A stretch of DNA of 58,006 nucleotides, from IMG/VR virus record IMGVR_UViG_3300033407_000015, positions 1 through 58,006 of that record. One strand, given 5' to 3'. This DNA comes from a virus (taxonomy: Duplodnaviria; Caudoviricetes). Under the pieces are notes generated by a model. The model did not search any database. It saw nothing but the letters and a program-made list of their open reading frames with translations, and was not told where the DNA came from. Both the position numbers and the translations under genes were made by a program. This document shows positions 55,802-58,006 of this stretch, in pieces. Positions within the stretch are counted from its first letter, which is position 1. Every line of letters starts with the position of its first letter.

Positions 55802-56286
55802 TGCCCTCCACGCACTCCTACAATCCTGGGGAAATACCAGCGATGTATTCCCCGTGGGGCTACGAGTGGCTACGCCAGCGGTTGCTTGTCGCCGGCCGAA
55901 CAAATCCCATCGTCTACGGTGACGACAGCGTGCTGGGGAACGTCATCCTTTCAATTGGAGAATCAAACGTCTCTAAGAATCAACTTGCGTTTGAGTGCCA
56001 GGCCCCAACCGCCGAGTTGGCCGCAAATCAATCGGTCATGACCATCCCACCCACGACCACCCAGAAGGTGACGATTACTGGTCCGATTGGCGCCGTCGTC
56101 AAGGTCCGCTTTGACGGTATTGGCTTCATTTCGGAGACCCAATTCACAATTCCTGGGAACAGCAATTACGAGTTTCAGTTCGGGCCCTGCCCGGCGGGGC
56201 AACGCGTCGTTACTTCGCAAATGTTCGATTTCTACGTCGAGGACGGCTTGTGCTCGCCCGTAGCGGTCATGGTCAATTTCAAATGA
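55801..56286 (+). CDS. Hypothetical virion-associated protein
   Basis: Start overlaps the previous stop; beta-rich C-terminus. Confidence 0.55.
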   Translation: MPSTHSYNPGEIPAMYSPWGYEWLRQRLLVAGRTNPIVYGDDSVLGNVILSIGESNVSKNQLAFECQAPTAELAANQSVMTIPPTTTQKVTITGPIGAVVKVRFDGIGFISETQFTIPGNSNYEFQFGPCPAGQRVVTSQMFDFYVEDGLCSPVAVMVNFK

Positions 56287-56352
56287 ACGGGAACACCGGG
56301 AGATCGGTAGCTGGGCTCAAGAATTTTGGCTTGATTTACCCAGCATCACCGT

Positions 56353-56381
56353 TTGACTTTGCGTTTCCACAGGCTTAGACT
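56353..56381 (+). promoter_or_regulatory. Sigma70-like promoter
   Basis: TTGACT-17 nt-TAGACT, then a ggggag/ctcccc hairpin before the RBS of the 56419 ORF. Confidence 0.5.
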
Positions 56382-56418
56382 CTGGGGAGTTAGATAGATC
56401 TCCCCTGGGAGGAAGAAC

Positions 56419-56964
56419 ATGTCAGTCCTTCGTCAGCAATTCGCTCAGACTCTCGTGGCGTCCGTTCCGAACGCAACCACACTGGAGTTCGATCTCTTCG
56501 GTCCGGAGTCGCCCCTCGCGCCTCCCTACGCAGAGGGCACCGATCACGTCATCGAGCCTCGCCAAGTTCGTCAGAACGAGGCCGGTTGGGTCGTCATCGA
56601 TGGTCTTACCAACCTCGGAGTCGCAACGGTCACGTTCGACGTCGAGATCTGGCAGCGTGGCGCAGCTTCCGCTCAGCGGAATCTGGAGGCCCCACTCTTC
56701 CCGTCGGGCGCGGCTGCCGCCGCCGACCCCAGCCTGAAGCGAGCAGTCGCTACTGGCTTGGCTGGCAACAGCGCACTTCTGCCGAGCATCCTTGGTGGCG
56801 GCCTTGGTGGCACTACCTCCAAGGACGTCCCGGCTCTGCACCTGCGCGCCGATGAGTTCGTGAAGCTCCGCATCACAAACGCCTCAGGCGGTCCGCTTGC
56901 CGACACGTTCCTCGCCAAGTACGATCTTGGTGGTAACCCCGGCGACACCCACCGGCTCGCGTAA
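56419..56964 (+). CDS. Hypothetical virion-type protein
   Basis: GGAGG RBS; 181 aa. Confidence 0.65.
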   Translation: MSVLRQQFAQTLVASVPNATTLEFDLFGPESPLAPPYAEGTDHVIEPRQVRQNEAGWVVIDGLTNLGVATVTFDVEIWQRGAASAQRNLEAPLFPSGAAAAADPSLKRAVATGLAGNSALLPSILGGGLGGTTSKDVPALHLRADEFVKLRITNASGGPLADTFLAKYDLGGNPGDTHRLA

Positions 56965-56997
56965 GCGGCGTTCTAGAAAGACACAGGAGAAAACACT

Positions 56998-57453
56998 ATG
57001 CTCGGTCGCAAGACTCTCACTGCGGACGCCACGCTCGCAGGCCCTACCGACTTCGATACCACCCAGCTTGCGCTGGGTCAACTCGAACTCGGCTTCACGG
57101 TTGAGGAAGACGAAATGCTCGTCGACCTCGAAGCTCGTCTCACCTACTCGAATTCGGTTCGGGAGGCCACTGATTTCACGTTCTACGTGGATGGTGTTGC
57201 GTCCCCCGACCTCCCTGTCGAGGGGCTCGTCCGCCACACGGCGGCGGTGATCGCCGACGAGAACACGGTCTACGTCAAGGCGACCCTTCGTCTCGCCAAG
57301 GGCTATCACACCGCCGAGGCGCGGACGTCTGCTCCCTCCGGTGCTGTGACCATCGAGGGCGCTTCGATGCTTTGTGAAGTCACTGCTCGTCGGAACAGCC
57401 ACATTGGCACCCTTGGCCACGGCGTCGACGCCAAGGCTCAGTTGGTCCAGTAG
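56998..57453 (+). CDS. Hypothetical beta-sandwich virion-type protein
   Basis: AGGAG RBS; alternating beta pattern. Confidence 0.65.
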   Translation: MLGRKTLTADATLAGPTDFDTTQLALGQLELGFTVEEDEMLVDLEARLTYSNSVREATDFTFYVDGVASPDLPVEGLVRHTAAVIADENTVYVKATLRLAKGYHTAEARTSAPSGAVTIEGASMLCEVTARRNSHIGTLGHGVDAKAQLVQ

Positions 57454-57490
57454 ACCCAACCCGGTCGATAGACTGTCTAACTTCAAGGAA

Positions 57491-57517
57491 AGAGCCTGGC
57501 AACTGTCAGGCTTTTTT
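57491..57517 (+). terminator. Intrinsic terminator
   Basis: agagcctggc-aact-gtcaggctttttt. Confidence 0.75.
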
Positions 57518-57576
57518 CATGTACTGCGGTAAGATATTGGTTCAACCCAGAACCCGGATTGACAAGGGGTAGGAAC

Positions 57577-57897
57577 ATGGCTTCTCGACTCGACGTTGGG
57601 CTCAAGAATGGCGCCCAGGCAACAGCACGGGAGCGTGTAGACGCTCTTCGTAAGCTTCAGATCATTGTGGACAGCGCCGTTGCGCCGCTCACCACACTTC
57701 GTCCGACCGACGAGGGTTCGTTCATGCGAGTCGACTTTCCCGATAGCGTTGCGTCCGAGCAAGCACAGGCTTGCTTTCGCGCAGCGGTGAACATCGCCGG
57801 ACTGTCTGAGTCGCCTCTTGCGGCCGGATCACCTCGTCTGGTGACGCTGACTGGCGATAGCCTGACCGGTGCCCAGCAATACGATTACTCGGTCTAA
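57577..57897 (+). CDS. Hypothetical protein
   Basis: AGGA RBS before ATG 57577. Confidence 0.55.
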   Translation: MASRLDVGLKNGAQATARERVDALRKLQIIVDSAVAPLTTLRPTDEGSFMRVDFPDSVASEQAQACFRAAVNIAGLSESPLAAGSPRLVTLTGDSLTGAQQYDYSV

Positions 57898-57899
57898 GC

Positions 57900-58006
57900 A
57901 TGGCCACCCTAATCACCGTCACCATTGACCCCGCTCAGCGCCGCAACGCGCGTGAGGAGATCCAGACCCGTGTCGAAGGGGCAGTGACGCTTCTCGACAA
58001 CCCCGT
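57900..58006 (+). CDS. 5' end of a hypothetical protein (partial)
   Basis: MATLITVTIDPAQRRNAREE..., open to the window edge. Confidence 0.5.
   Translation, partial: MATLITVTIDPAQRRNAREEIQTRVEGAVTLLDNP

Noticed and set aside
1-58006. Alternative genetic code (stop recoding)
   Set aside because: TAG, TGA and TAA all end genes at sensible boundaries, and conserved genes are unbroken under code 11.
1-58006. tRNA, rRNA or CRISPR array
   Set aside because: No cloverleaf, rRNA-like or repeat-spacer pattern seen by eye, and the intergenic gaps are short. A tRNAscan run is still advisable.

Overview
Fragment of a large tailed (T4-superfamily-like, probably jumbo) phage genome. GC is moderately high, the code is standard, and essentially all genes are on the + strand. 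From left to right: (1) a virion/tail gene cluster with several paralog families and a prolyl-hydroxylase-like oxygenase (1-17.4 kb); (2) a head module with a gp20-like portal interrupted by six inteins, core/scaffold genes, a gp21-like protease-scaffold fusion and a gp23-like major capsid (18-32 kb); (3) an AT-richer methylase plus double-HNH cassette; (4) putative internal-head proteins sharing T4-CTS-like 'phi-x-E' motifs, including a very His-rich CCA-type nucleotidyltransferase followed by a switch-like structured RNA with a terminator; (5) a nucleotide-metabolism block (Dam-like MTase, HNH, dNMP kinase, ClpC-NTD-MazG fusion, class II RNR with a Gln-ending intein); (6) more virion genes. 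The most unusual signals are the six-intein portal with an intact but catalytically dead free-standing intein homologue directly upstream (plus two tiny half-Hint-like ORFs in the tail cluster), and the apparently virion-packaged, motif-altered tRNA nucleotidyltransferase. All annotations come from reading motifs by eye; no database search was run.
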